A stretch of 64,000 bases of DNA from Deltaproteobacteria bacterium (GCA_016930835.1 JAFGGA010000136.1:8960-72959), one strand, 5' to 3'; shown: positions 26,290 to 36,603, counted from the first letter of the stretch. A program made the numbers and translations. Notes: generated by a model not told the origin, from the sequence alone.

Positions 26290-27111
26290 ATGAATGGAAG
26301 GAATATAAACATGACTGAAACCACATTACCTCCTATGGGGCCGCCACCTTCAAAACACAAACCGGATAAAGTCAAGGTGTATAAAAATATTGCAGGAAGA
26401 GGGCTGACAGCGCATGTTTTTTTTTCAAAGGGTATCAACATATCCGAAAGGATTCCGGGATATCTGTTTTTCCATCCAGGCGGGTGGGCCATGGGAGAGC
26501 CTGAATGGGGATACGATTTGTGTTATCACATCTCCAAGTTGGGTGTTGTGGCCATATCCTTTGAATACCGGCTTTCATCAATAGGCGGGGATTCTCCGGC
26601 GGATGCGGTTTCGGACGCCAAATCCGCTATCAGATGGACCAGAGAGCATTCGGGTGAACTGGGTATCGATCCCGGTATGATATTGGCAGGAGGGATATCC
26701 GCCGGTGGACACCTTGCCCTCTGCACAGCCATGATTCCGGGATTTGATGATCCCGGCGATAATATGGATTCCAGCGCAATGCCGCAGGCCCTCGCACTAC
26801 ATACCGCTCCAGTCAATCCCGCGATGGATAATCATTTTATCACACTACTGCAGGGAAAGACGAAGCCAGAAGACCTGTCCCCCTTTCATCACGTAAAGGG
26901 CGGCCTGCCACCCATGTGCATGATTCAGGGGACGGCCGATGAGATTGTGCCGTATGATTCCATAGAGGTGTTTTCACGAAGGATGCAGGAGGCGGGAAAT
27001 CAATGCGCTTTGTACTCCTTTGAGGGCGCGGGTCATTTTTCCATCCATGAAACAGACCAGGCAAGGGCCATCCGCTTGATCGATGAGTTTATCCTGTCGG
27101 TGATAAAGTGA
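26290..27111 (+). CDS. Alpha/beta hydrolase (esterase/lipase type)
   Basis: 273 aa. HPGGW oxyanion region, nucleophile elbow GGISAGGHLA, C-terminal GTADEIV / GAGHF. Confidence 0.85.
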   Translation: MNGRNINMTETTLPPMGPPPSKHKPDKVKVYKNIAGRGLTAHVFFSKGINISERIPGYLFFHPGGWAMGEPEWGYDLCYHISKLGVVAISFEYRLSSIGGDSPADAVSDAKSAIRWTREHSGELGIDPGMILAGGISAGGHLALCTAMIPGFDDPGDNMDSSAMPQALALHTAPVNPAMDNHFITLLQGKTKPEDLSPFHHVKGGLPPMCMIQGTADEIVPYDSIEVFSRRMQEAGNQCALYSFEGAGHFSIHETDQARAIRLIDEFILSVIK

Positions 27112-27257
27112 TATCAAAAGAATTCGATGGTTGTCGTTTCTATGTCATAGAACATCCCCAGAGCAGTTAAGCGACGATTAGGATTCCAGGATTCGAGTGA
27201 GAATTGAGAAGGGAGAAAAATCTAAAATAATTAAGGCCGGAATGAACTGGATAAAAC

Positions 27258-27797
27258 ATGAATTATTACGAATTACTGAACATCGACCCAAAGGCAGGGC
27301 CGGATGAAATCAAGCGGGCCTATCGGGAAAAACTTAAGGAGTGGCATCCTGATAAAAATCCCCACCGCAAAGAAAAGGCTGAAGAGATCACCAAGACGAT
27401 GAATATCGCATACGGCATCCTCTCCGATCCTGAGCAAAGGCAAAATTACGACAGGATACTTCGCTTTTCAAAGGGCAGAAGTTTTGATGAGTATGTGGAC
27501 GACGGGTCTTTTTCAAAAAAAATGAAAAAGGCATCTGGAGCATTAAAAGGACTTTGGCAGGATGTGCAGGATCTTTATTCTCTCTTTAAAGACGCCGTAA
27601 GAGGCCGGTATAAGCTTCACCCTGTCAACCTGGGAATCATCGGTGGCGGATTGATCTATTTTATCATACCAATGGACATTATCCCTGATATCTTCCCTCT
27701 GATAGGTTACCTAGATGATATGGCTGTATTCACAACGATCATCAATGCATTTGGGGAGGAGTTGGTAAAATACAGGAACTGGAAAGGTTCGGCTTAA
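27258..27797 (+). CDS. DnaJ (J-domain) protein with C-terminal DUF1232/YkvA membrane domain
   Basis: NYYELLNIDPKAGPDEIKRAYREKLKEWHPDKN J-domain. IPDIFPLIGYLDDMAVF is a DUF1232 signature. Confidence 0.85.
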   Translation: MNYYELLNIDPKAGPDEIKRAYREKLKEWHPDKNPHRKEKAEEITKTMNIAYGILSDPEQRQNYDRILRFSKGRSFDEYVDDGSFSKKMKKASGALKGLWQDVQDLYSLFKDAVRGRYKLHPVNLGIIGGGLIYFIIPMDIIPDIFPLIGYLDDMAVFTTIINAFGEELVKYRNWKGSA

Positions 27798-28074
27798 TTT
27801 CCAATAAATCCCTTTAAATAATAGAACCGAAAAATTGGATGATCCCGATATAAGATTCGCCGAGGCAGTTCTTGGGCAAGCTGTACGAAAGACGCATGAA
27901 CGGGCCAAACGCTTCGGCCATGGCATCATTATCTATTAAAACGGCAGATTGTGGAGAAAACGCAGAATAAGGATACCTGAAAAACAGGAGGGTTACGGGT
28001 CATTTGCAACCCTTTTGATCCACGGGCCATTTTTACCATCGACCATTCCAACCATGGTATGGAGAAATTCTTAA

Positions 28075-28227
28075 GGTTTCAAAAACCGTCCCGTATTTTT
28101 AGAAGATCGGATAAGGTTATTCAAACCTCATTTTATCGTGGCCATGGGCGGTAAGGCAAAGCAGGCCCTTGGATTCGACCGTATCATCAAGGCGTTGGAT
28201 GGATTGGAAATCCCCGAAAAGAACTAG
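28075..28227 (+). pseudogene. Uracil-DNA glycosylase superfamily fragment
   Basis: An open frame after a stop reads NRPVFLEDRIRLFKPHFIVAMGGKAKQALGF..., resembling the C.PYL..QI.LI.PK.IV.LG..A central block of family-4 UDGs. It has no start codon and no N- or C-terminal motifs. Confidence 0.3.
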
Positions 28228-28347
28228 ATACAAACATCCTTACCCCTTCGCACACCTAATGAAACCGAATATCATAGGGTTAAGAAACTGAGAGACATTG
28301 TTGTCATCTTTTCATGCGTTGATAACCGAAAAATAAAGGAGATAAAA

Positions 28348-28941
28348 ATGGAAAGCAAGATCGTTTATTTTGAAGATATTGGGTCTCAGAATACCGAGAT
28401 CACATTTCAAGCGGTCAAGGAAAGGTTGAATGACTCAGGTATTCAAAGGATCGTGATGGCGTCCACAACCGGCGCCACGGCAAGGCTGGCCATGGATTTT
28501 TTTAAGGACAGCGGAACCCGATTAATCGTGATACCACATCAGTATGACTTTCGCAAAGATGTCAATCCGTTCCCATGGGAGTTGGTCAAAGAGATGAGAG
28601 ACGCGGGTCATGAGGTCCACTTCGGGACCATGTTGTTCCACACGGATCAACTCTACGAGTCGAATATTCCGACATTAATGGCCAATCTTTTGCGCTGCTT
28701 TTGCCAAGGCGTAAAGGTCTGTTTTGAGATCGTGATGATGGCGACGGATGCGGGTCTCCTTTCAAAAGGAGAAAAAATCATCGCCATTGCCGGAACCGGC
28801 CGCGGGGCGGACACCGCGTTGGTCATGCAGGCGTCCTCTTCCCGGAACATGAAGAGGCTTCGTGTGAATGAGATCATCTGCAAGCCGCTCTATCCCCTGA
28901 ATATTGATGAGCTTTTATCAAAAGCACCGCCGGAAAAATAG
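28348..28941 (+). CDS. Pyruvate-kinase C-terminal (alpha/beta) domain-like protein
   Basis: 197 aa. Pattern IVMASTTGATA...VIPH...KVCFEIVMMATDAGL...IIAIAGTGRGADTALVM. AAGGAG SD. Confidence 0.65.
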   Translation: MESKIVYFEDIGSQNTEITFQAVKERLNDSGIQRIVMASTTGATARLAMDFFKDSGTRLIVIPHQYDFRKDVNPFPWELVKEMRDAGHEVHFGTMLFHTDQLYESNIPTLMANLLRCFCQGVKVCFEIVMMATDAGLLSKGEKIIAIAGTGRGADTALVMQASSSRNMKRLRVNEIICKPLYPLNIDELLSKAPPEK

Positions 28942-28950
28942 ATGGGCATC

Positions 28951-29070
28951 ATCCTTAAATGAGCTTATGGATGCGGGCTTGTCAAAAAACGGTTTTTGGG
29001 GGCACGAGGATCTCCTTTCAAGTTCACCACCCAAAAGCCAAATGCCATTTATTCTGGACGCGAATATGAT
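28951..29070 (+). repeat. Dispersed repeat family, copy 2
   Basis: ATCCTTAAA..GCTTGTCAAAAAACGGTTTTTGGGGGCACGAGGATCTCCTTTCAAGTTCACCACCCAAAAGCCAAAT..CTGGACGCG. Confidence 0.85.
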
Positions 29071-29127
29071 GAATGATCAAGATTCGGGGGATTGGAATTC
29101 TCCTTTTTCATGTTTGTGGGGGGGTTG

Positions 29128-29580
29128 ATGCAAAAAGTATTATACGTGGATATGGACAATGTCCTGGTGGATTTTTCAAGCGGTGTGGATCGTCTGGATC
29201 AGGAGACAAGGCAGGCATATGAAGGCCGCCTGGATGAGGCCCCCGGGATCTTTTATTTCATGGACCCTATTGAAGGGGCTGTCAAAGCCTATGAAAGTTT
29301 GTGCACTAGGTTTGATACCTATATCCTGTCCACGGCTCCCTGGGAAAACCCTTCCGCCTGGATGGACAAGCTCCTCTGGGTGAAAAAACACCTGGGTGAT
29401 CTTGCATACAAGCGGCTGATACTGACCCATCACAAGGACCTGAACCTGGGTGATTACCTGATAGACGACCGCGCGAAGAATGGAGCAGACCATTTTACAG
29501 GGGAGCTGATCCTTTTTGGTTCCGATCGATTTCCGGACTGGCCTGCGGTTCTTGATTATCTGATGGGCGAAAAGGAATAA
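29128..29580 (+). CDS. 5'(3')-deoxyribonucleotidase (HAD, NT5C family)
   Basis: VLYVDMDNVLVDF catalytic DxD motif, STAPWENP, YLIDDRAKNG. Track ORF from 29092; I prefer the ATG at 29128. Confidence 0.8.
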   Translation: MQKVLYVDMDNVLVDFSSGVDRLDQETRQAYEGRLDEAPGIFYFMDPIEGAVKAYESLCTRFDTYILSTAPWENPSAWMDKLLWVKKHLGDLAYKRLILTHHKDLNLGDYLIDDRAKNGADHFTGELILFGSDRFPDWPAVLDYLMGEKE

Positions 29581-29732
29581 AAATCATTTGAAAACTAACC
29601 CCCGCGGGCCATTGGAAGCCATATCTTATGAATCTACTGTAAAAGCTTGACTGGACACAACTGATACCTGGCTGAGACATAGAGAAAAATATCCTTGTGT
29701 ATGGGAAGGACTTTGGAGTAGGGTGTAAAATC

Positions 29733-30290
29733 ATGCCAATAATTTCCATACCTAATACATTATCCCTATCAAGGATCATACTCTTACCCTTTTTGTTTCT
29801 TATATTATTTCTCGAATTACGATTAACGATGTTCATTTCCTACGCCTTGATCGGGGCAACGGACTACTTTGACGGCAAGATCGCGAGGCGATTAAATCAA
29901 GCCACTGATCTGGGAAAGACCCTGGATTCGGTGGCGGATCTCCTTTTTTACCTCTCTACGGCCTACTTCCTGTATAAACTGTTTCCCGACGTGATCAGGA
30001 CGAATTTTACCCTCTTGATGGTATTCTTCGGAGAGCTTGCCCTTTCATTTGTGATCTCCGCCATCAGATGTAAAAAACCTCTTTTGATGCACACGGCCCT
30101 TCTCCGGGTCAGCGCGGTGATGGTCTATTTTTTGTTTGTTTCGTCATTCCTTTTTGATACCACTTTTTTGGCGATGATCATCATTATCTTATATATGATC
30201 GCCTTCCTTGAGGAGATCCTCATATTCATCATTTATGGAAAAATCGATCCGGATACCCGATCCATATTTGATGCCGAAAAACAGTTATGA
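29733..30290 (+). CDS. CDP-alcohol phosphatidyltransferase family protein
   Basis: IPNTLSLSRI, signature DYFDGKIARRLNQATDLGKTLDSVADL, multiple TM helices. Track ORF from 29697. Confidence 0.85.
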   Translation: MPIISIPNTLSLSRIILLPFLFLILFLELRLTMFISYALIGATDYFDGKIARRLNQATDLGKTLDSVADLLFYLSTAYFLYKLFPDVIRTNFTLLMVFFGELALSFVISAIRCKKPLLMHTALLRVSAVMVYFLFVSSFLFDTTFLAMIIIILYMIAFLEEILIFIIYGKIDPDTRSIFDAEKQL

Positions 30291-30348
30291 TAGCTTGAAC
30301 ATTCCTCTGCTTTGAGGAGGATATTAAGGCTCGACCAGGGGCTAGATA

Positions 30349-31188
30349 ATGAATAAACCGATAAAACTGGAAGACACATTAAGGCATTTCAGGGATATCA
30401 ATGGGCGCTTGACGGTTTTAACCGGGGCGGGTATTTCGGCTGAAAGCGGCATTCCCACCTTTCGGGGGCCGGAAGGTTATTGGACGGTGGGTTCAAGGGA
30501 ATATCGACCAGAAGAAATGGCCACATATGCCATGTTTTCAAGAGATCCATGGGAGGTTTGGGCCTGGTATCTTTATCGCCGAACAGTCTGTAAAAACGCG
30601 AAGCCGAATGCGGGTCATATGGCCATTGCCGAGATGGAAAGGATCTTTGAAGATCATTTTCGCTTGATCACCCAAAATGTGGATGGCCTTCACCTAAAGG
30701 CGGGTAATACCGAAGGACGAACCTTTCAGATACATGGCAATCTCCATGTGCTACGTTGTGGCAAAGACTGTTCCCGGCAACTGTTCCCTTTCCCCGACCG
30801 TATTGGAAACAAAGAAAAAAATGAGCCGGTCACTGAAGAGGAGAAAGAACTATTAAGATGTCCTGTATGTCAAAGTATTGCTCGTCCCCATGTGTTATGG
30901 TTTGATGAATATTATGATGAACAATATTTCCGTGCGGAAAGTGCGCTGCATTGGGCCGGAAGGACCGATCTGCTTATGGTGGTGGGTACGGCTGGGGCCA
31001 CCAACCTGCCCATGCAGATCGGAGGTCTGGTTTCACGGAATCCCGGGGCCATATTCATGGACATTAACATCCAGGATAATTCCTTTCGGCGTTTGGCGAA
31101 AAACCATCCAAGGGGTTTTGTCCTGGATGGCGGAAGTGGTGAGAACCTGATGAAAATCTTGTCAATATGGAAAAGTATTCCAATTTAA
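30349..31188 (+). CDS. SIR2-family NAD-dependent protein deacylase
   Basis: 279 aa. GAGISAESGIPTFRG, ITQNVDGLH, Zn ribbon C..C...C..C, VVGTAG. Confidence 0.9.
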   Translation: MNKPIKLEDTLRHFRDINGRLTVLTGAGISAESGIPTFRGPEGYWTVGSREYRPEEMATYAMFSRDPWEVWAWYLYRRTVCKNAKPNAGHMAIAEMERIFEDHFRLITQNVDGLHLKAGNTEGRTFQIHGNLHVLRCGKDCSRQLFPFPDRIGNKEKNEPVTEEEKELLRCPVCQSIARPHVLWFDEYYDEQYFRAESALHWAGRTDLLMVVGTAGATNLPMQIGGLVSRNPGAIFMDINIQDNSFRRLAKNHPRGFVLDGGSGENLMKILSIWKSIPI

Positions 31189-31207
31189 TGAGCGATTATC
31201 CAGGAAT

Positions 31208-31364
31208 ATCCCCTCCCCTCCAGGGTTTTGTCGTAATGTCATTTCGTGGCGAGAGCCGAAAAATCGTATTTGATAACCATTCGATGTTGAAAGATTTCTC
31301 CTTTCAGTCGAAATGACCAATCACACTAAAAACCCATTACTTTACAGTCTCTGGTGGGAGAGGG
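31208..31364. repeat. Nested inverted-repeat element (MITE-like)
   Basis: Outer imperfect IR CCCTCCCCTCCAG (31211-31223) / CTGGTGGGAGAGGG (31351-31364). Inner IR AATGTCATTTCG (31235-31246) / CGAAATGACC (31309-31318). Intergenic. Confidence 0.5.
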
Positions 31365-31449
31365 TTAGGAAAAACAAATGATGTTCTTTTCTGTGGGAAA
31401 TAAACGGGAATTTTTACCACCATTTTAATCTATTTGGAGGAGACGGATC

Positions 31450-32706
31450 GTGTTTTACGGTTGGTATATGGTAATGGCCTGTGTGATGATCTCCATGTAC
31501 TTCAGTGGAACCATCTACATGGGCTTTACCACTATCTTTACACCCATTGCCAATGAGATGGGCTGGAGTTATACGCAGGTATCATTCGCCGCGTCTTTGC
31601 GCGGTTTTGAGGCTGGATTGTTGGTCCCCATCTCAGGCATGATCATGGATCGATGGGGTCCTAGAAGAGTGCTGTTTGGAGGGGCCTTCATGACGGGATT
31701 GGGCCTTCTTTTGCTCAGCCGGATACAGTCGTTGTTCATGTTTTACGTGGCGTTTGGTCTGGTGTGTATGGGAATGAGCACCGCGCCGACGGGTCTATTG
31801 ATGTCGGCGGTGGCAAACTGGTTTAGGAGAAACGAGGGGCTGGCCATGGGGATCACGGCCAGCGGGGTCTCGTTGGGCGGCCTATTGATCCCGGTTGTGA
31901 CCTACCTCGTGGATACCTTCGGGTGGCGCCAGGCCATGGTCATTGTGGGGTTCGGCGTTTTTGCCATTCCCCTACCCCTGTCCCTTGTTCTTCGCCATAG
32001 GCCTGAAAAATACGGATATCTACCCGATGGTGCGAAGAAGGGAACGTCCTCCGAGCAGATCGCCCGACCCATGGGTAAAGAGAGAGCCGTTGATCCGGAT
32101 TTCAGCACTAAACAGGCACTATGCAGCTGGGTCTTTTGGACGGTAGCCATCGCCTTTTCATTTCATGTCATGGCCGTAAACGCCATTGCAACACACATCA
32201 TGCCATTTTTTAGCAGTATCGGGGTGAAACGGTCCATATCGGGATTTATCATCAGCGCGGTCCCGCTCATCGGGATCGTGGGTCGAATCGGTTTTGGTTG
32301 GATGGGGGATCGGATGGACAAGATGAGGATCGCCACCCTAGCCTTGGCCTTAACCGGATTGGGAACCCTAACTTTTATGTTTGTAACGGCGGATCATGCC
32401 TGGCTGATCATCACATTTATTGTCATCTATGGTATCGGATGGGGCGGTATCGTCCCCATGTTATCCGGCCTAGTGATCAAATACTTTGGCCGCAATCGTA
32501 TGGGGACCATTGTGGGATGCATCAATAGCATCATGATGTTGGGCACGATAACAGGCGCCCCATTGGCCGGTTGGATATTTGATATGAAAGGTTCCTACCA
32601 TTTAGCGTGGCTGATTATGGGTTCTTTGCTTATGATCGCGGCCGTCATCTTTTTCTTTTTATTACGTCAATACAAAGGGTATAACACGGCCGACAATGAA
32701 GCGTGA
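31450..32706 (+). CDS. MFS transporter
   Basis: 418 aa, about 12 TM helices, MDRWGPRR loop 2-3 motif, GTG start with GGAGGAG SD. Confidence 0.88.
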   Translation: MFYGWYMVMACVMISMYFSGTIYMGFTTIFTPIANEMGWSYTQVSFAASLRGFEAGLLVPISGMIMDRWGPRRVLFGGAFMTGLGLLLLSRIQSLFMFYVAFGLVCMGMSTAPTGLLMSAVANWFRRNEGLAMGITASGVSLGGLLIPVVTYLVDTFGWRQAMVIVGFGVFAIPLPLSLVLRHRPEKYGYLPDGAKKGTSSEQIARPMGKERAVDPDFSTKQALCSWVFWTVAIAFSFHVMAVNAIATHIMPFFSSIGVKRSISGFIISAVPLIGIVGRIGFGWMGDRMDKMRIATLALALTGLGTLTFMFVTADHAWLIITFIVIYGIGWGGIVPMLSGLVIKYFGRNRMGTIVGCINSIMMLGTITGAPLAGWIFDMKGSYHLAWLIMGSLLMIAAVIFFFLLRQYKGYNTADNEA

Positions 32707-32744
32707 TATTACCACAAAGCTTTTCGAGGGTATGAAAAGAATAT

Positions 32745-33635
32745 CTATCTGGGTTTGAAAAAGTCTTGCAGTTGAATGACATTATCGTATTTTGGGGCCG
32801 ATTCCAAAACGCCCTGGATCTTGGCCTTGCGAATATCATTCACCATGTTTTGTAGTTCGGGATTCTTGTCAATTTCGTCCTGGATCTGTTTGCTGATACT
32901 TTTCCAAGAAACGGCCAAATCATCCGTGTCCAAAGAAAATCCCGCCCAATCCGCTAAAAAATCCCCCGCATAGGATAATAATCCAAAATGCGTTGTGCCC
33001 TGAAGGTAATAGGGACAATGGCAATACATGGCCACGCACCGAAAGCCCTGTTTTTTGGCTTCGGCATGCAAGGTGGAGTGAATGGAACTTAGGCCTTTAT
33101 AGGTAATGGTATATGCCTTTTTTTCCTTCAATGATTCTAGGAGATTTTCATCCGAGGCCACCACGGAGATGATGGTGTCGGTATGAAGGATATGATCGTA
33201 CATCCCACCGATGCTGACAAGGGTTTGAACGCCCAATTTTTTACACAAAGAAAGGATGCAATCGGTATATTGAAACCATTGCATACTTGGCTCGATACCC
33301 TTTAGAAGGATCAGGTCCCGCCCCGCCTGTTCCTTTCCAATCACATACAAAAAAGTACTGGGATGCGCGATCCCTTTAACGATCCCATCTTTAATCTCCA
33401 CGGTGGGACGTTTTGATTCAAAACTGTAAAAAGGCTCTGCTTTGATCCTGCCGAATTCCTTGGCCTCGAGTTTCTGGATAAGATAGTTAATCATTCCCCG
33501 GGAGACCTCCAATGCGTTTCCCCATCCTTCGAATCCGGCGATAAGCAAGGGGGCTTCCAGTTCCGGAAGGTATTTTAATTCAATGTTTTCCATTTCCATG
33601 GTGTTTAGTGTGTCATTCTGATAGATGGTTGTCAA
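32745..33635 (-). CDS. PAC2 (proteasome assembly chaperone 2-like) family protein
   Basis: 296 aa. LEAPLLIAGFEGWGNA...EPFYSF...RPTV pattern typical of bacterial PAC2 proteins. Confidence 0.7.
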   Translation of the reverse strand: MTTIYQNDTLNTMEMENIELKYLPELEAPLLIAGFEGWGNALEVSRGMINYLIQKLEAKEFGRIKAEPFYSFESKRPTVEIKDGIVKGIAHPSTFLYVIGKEQAGRDLILLKGIEPSMQWFQYTDCILSLCKKLGVQTLVSIGGMYDHILHTDTIISVVASDENLLESLKEKKAYTITYKGLSSIHSTLHAEAKKQGFRCVAMYCHCPYYLQGTTHFGLLSYAGDFLADWAGFSLDTDDLAVSWKSISKQIQDEIDKNPELQNMVNDIRKAKIQGVLESAPKYDNVIQLQDFFKPR

Positions 33636-33663
33636 GGGGGTGGCTACATCGATTTTTCATGAT

Positions 33664-34488
33664 CTAATATTTCATGATGAGGCAGTTATTGATCAGGCGG
33701 CCGATGTGTTCAATCTCAACAATGATCTCATCACCATGCTTCATGTAAATGGAAGGATCACGAAAGGCACCGACTCCGCTGGGGGTACCGGTCAGAATAA
33801 CGTCACCGGGCATGAGTGTGAAATGGTTGGAGAGGAAGCTGATGAGTTGAGGCAATTTGAAAATCATCTGGTTGGTATTGCCGGCCTGCATGGTCATGCC
33901 GTTTAAACGGCAGGTAATGGCCAATTCGTGTGGATCGGGGATTTCATTACCGGGAACAATCCATGGACCCAATGGACAAAAGGTGTCCAAGGATTTTCCC
34001 CTGACCCATTGCTTGTCACCGAATTGCAGGTCCCTGGCGCTCACATCATTGGCGCATGTATAGCCGAAAATCATTTGCATGGCATCGGATTCATGGCAGT
34101 GAACGGTCTTTTGACCCATCACCACGGCCAGTTCCGCCTCAAAATCCACTTTTTTTGTAACCGCATCATCCCATATGATCGGCTCGCCATGTCCGATCAG
34201 ACTGTTTGGGAACTTGGCAAATATCAGGGGGGTGCCGGGGACACGGCCCTTGCTCTCAATCACATGATCCATGTAATTGAGACCAAGGGCTATGATCTTT
34301 GATGGCCTGCTGACGACCGGGGCAAAGTGGACATGTTCCAGAGGAATGGATTCGGCAGTTGTTGCGTATTCAGGGTGGTTGGTTATGAAATCGATCATGT
34401 CCCCATGAAAATCCAAAGGGACGAGGGATTCGCCCTCAATCAGTCCTAAACGGATTTGGTGATGATCATAGAATTGTGCGATTTTCAT
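33664..34488 (-). CDS. Fumarylacetoacetate hydrolase family protein
   Basis: 274 aa. GLNYMDH, DFEAELAVVMG, GYTCANDVSARD, KSLDTFCPLGPW, PGDVILTGTPSGVG. Confidence 0.92.
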   Translation of the reverse strand: MKIAQFYDHHQIRLGLIEGESLVPLDFHGDMIDFITNHPEYATTAESIPLEHVHFAPVVSRPSKIIALGLNYMDHVIESKGRVPGTPLIFAKFPNSLIGHGEPIIWDDAVTKKVDFEAELAVVMGQKTVHCHESDAMQMIFGYTCANDVSARDLQFGDKQWVRGKSLDTFCPLGPWIVPGNEIPDPHELAITCRLNGMTMQAGNTNQMIFKLPQLISFLSNHFTLMPGDVILTGTPSGVGAFRDPSIYMKHGDEIIVEIEHIGRLINNCLIMKY

Positions 34489-34582
34489 AAGACTAATGGT
34501 AAATTTTGGCGATTTTTGTCAATTTAGCCCTTTTGAAAATTTCTCTACGTCAATATCGAAGCTGTTATCTAACGTCTTGCAC

Positions 34583-35455
34583 TCAGCGTAATTTATGCCT
34601 CACTGCCCAATCAGCCGCATCAATGGGTGAGTTGAGGATCTCCACACCGGCCTTGCGAAGGATGTCGCGCTTGCCTTCCACTGTGCCCGCCGATCCTCGA
34701 ATAATGGCGCCGGCATGACCCATGCGTTTGTCCTTTGGGGAGTATTTCCCCGCGATATAAGCGGCCACGGGTTTTGTCATGTGTTTCTCAACAAACTCGG
34801 CAGCCCGCTCTTCCTGCTCACCGCCGACCTCTCCTACGATGATCACTGCATCGGTGTCATCATCTTCCTCAAACTTTTGAAGGATGCTCGACAGATTGGA
34901 AAGGACCACTGGATCGGCACCCATCCCAACAACAGTGCTTTGACCCACATTTTTTTCCGACAGAATGCCGGCAAATTCATAAGAAAGGGTCCCACTTCGT
35001 GAGATGATCCCCACCCTGCCCGGCGCAAAAAGTGATGCAGGCATAATGCCCATCTTGCCCTTGCCGGGAACCAAGATTCCCGGGGTGGTGGGTCCCAAGG
35101 CGAATACGTTGTTTTGAATGGCATAATCGCGCATCTTCATGGCATCATGCACCGGAATATGTTCCGGGACCACCACTATCAACTTGATCCCTGCATCTAT
35201 GGTCTCATAAAAGGCATCCAGAACAAATGCTGCCGGCACAAAAAACACAGAGGCATTGGCGCCTGTTTCCTGAACAGCATCCTCAACACTGTCGAATACT
35301 GGGAGTTCTTCCACTTTGGTACCGCCCTTGCCGGGAGTAACTCCTCCCACGACATTCGTATCATAATCGAGCATCCACTTTGTCTGGACGCTTCCTATCT
35401 TTCCGGTAATACCCTGAACAATAACGCGCGTTTTTTCATCAAGAAGAATACTCAT
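34583..35455 (-). CDS. Succinyl-CoA synthetase alpha-subunit-like CoA ligase subunit
   Basis: 290 aa. VIVQGITGKIGS, IISRSGTLSYE, phosphohistidine loop GHAGAII. Confidence 0.88.
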   Translation of the reverse strand: MSILLDEKTRVIVQGITGKIGSVQTKWMLDYDTNVVGGVTPGKGGTKVEELPVFDSVEDAVQETGANASVFFVPAAFVLDAFYETIDAGIKLIVVVPEHIPVHDAMKMRDYAIQNNVFALGPTTPGILVPGKGKMGIMPASLFAPGRVGIISRSGTLSYEFAGILSEKNVGQSTVVGMGADPVVLSNLSSILQKFEEDDDTDAVIIVGEVGGEQEERAAEFVEKHMTKPVAAYIAGKYSPKDKRMGHAGAIIRGSAGTVEGKRDILRKAGVEILNSPIDAADWAVRHKLR

Positions 35456-35466
35456 ATCAATGCCCC

Positions 35467-36603
35467 TTATTTGCTCAATAATTCAAACAGACGATCAATG
35501 GCCTTTTCCGTGGCCGCCTCCGTGACCACATGGACACCTCCGGATTTGAAGATCTCCCACGTCTCCTCCTGTCGATTACCAAGTGCCTTGGCCACTATCG
35601 GTATCTTTACATTATGCTCCTGAATATATCGCACAACCCCTTTGGCCCCCTCATGGATGGGATTAATTCCTCCATATATATTGATAAATATCCCCCGAAG
35701 GCCTTCCTTCATCATAAGGAGTTCCATGCATTTATACAGGAGTTTGTCGGTAATACCTCCGCCGGTCTCGAGAAAATTGGCAGGACGCATACGTTGTCCA
35801 ATAATATCCATGCTCGCCATTCCAAGGCCTGCACCTGAAGAGATAAGGCCTATATCTCCGTCGAGATCCACATATGTGACACCGATCTCTTTACCTTTAC
35901 GTTCGAGCGGATTTTCGATACGCCCTATTAGATCGGTTCCGGAATATTGAATCCGAGAGACAGCCGAATCATCGATCTCAAGGACCGCGTCCAGGGCCAT
36001 TACACCGCTGTTTGAAAGCACGGCAAGGGGATTGATCTCAGCTATCAGCGCTTCATGCGATTTAAATATCTTATAAAGACGCTCAATTACAACCGAACAT
36101 CCCAGACGCAGGCGCTTGGACATATCGAGTCCTTTAAGCATATTCCTGGCCTGGTAGGGATGCAAGTCCGCGCCCGGCTCAACATAAAAAGATACAATTT
36201 TTTCAGGGTTGGTCCTGGCTGTTTCCTCTATGCTGACGCCCCCCTTGGTGCTCACAATGATTACGGGCTTTCCGTTAAAACCATCAACCGTAATGCCTAC
36301 ATAAAGTTCTCTAATCACTTCCGCTTTACCGCACACCATTATCTTTTTTACGGGAAGTCCTTTTATTTCAGAGTCAAAAAGCTCTCCGCAAAAAACTTCC
36401 AATTCATCAATGGTCGTGGCTGTTTTGATACCGCCGGCGAGACCTCTTCCGCCTACAAGGACCTGTGCCTTAAGCATTACAGGAAACCCTATCCTATCAG
36501 CTATATCCAGGGCCCCTTCCGTAGTCTCCGCGACACCTCTTCTTGGGACCGCGATTCCTTCCTTATAAAAGATATCCGCTGCTTCATATTCATGGAGTCT
36601 CAT
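35467..36603 (-). CDS. Succinyl-CoA synthetase beta-subunit-like (ATP-grasp) ligase subunit
   Basis: 378 aa. MRLHEYEAADIF, MLKAQVLVGGRG, EINPL, NIYGGI. Confidence 0.88.
   Translation of the reverse strand: MRLHEYEAADIFYKEGIAVPRRGVAETTEGALDIADRIGFPVMLKAQVLVGGRGLAGGIKTATTIDELEVFCGELFDSEIKGLPVKKIMVCGKAEVIRELYVGITVDGFNGKPVIIVSTKGGVSIEETARTNPEKIVSFYVEPGADLHPYQARNMLKGLDMSKRLRLGCSVVIERLYKIFKSHEALIAEINPLAVLSNSGVMALDAVLEIDDSAVSRIQYSGTDLIGRIENPLERKGKEIGVTYVDLDGDIGLISSGAGLGMASMDIIGQRMRPANFLETGGGITDKLLYKCMELLMMKEGLRGIFINIYGGINPIHEGAKGVVRYIQEHNVKIPIVAKALGNRQEETWEIFKSGGVHVVTEAATEKAIDRLFELLSK

Noticed and set aside
29495-29836. 113-aa minus-strand ORF between the NT5C and CDP-alcohol transferase genes.
   Set aside because: It overlaps the ends of both flanking plus-strand genes, and has no motif and no SD.
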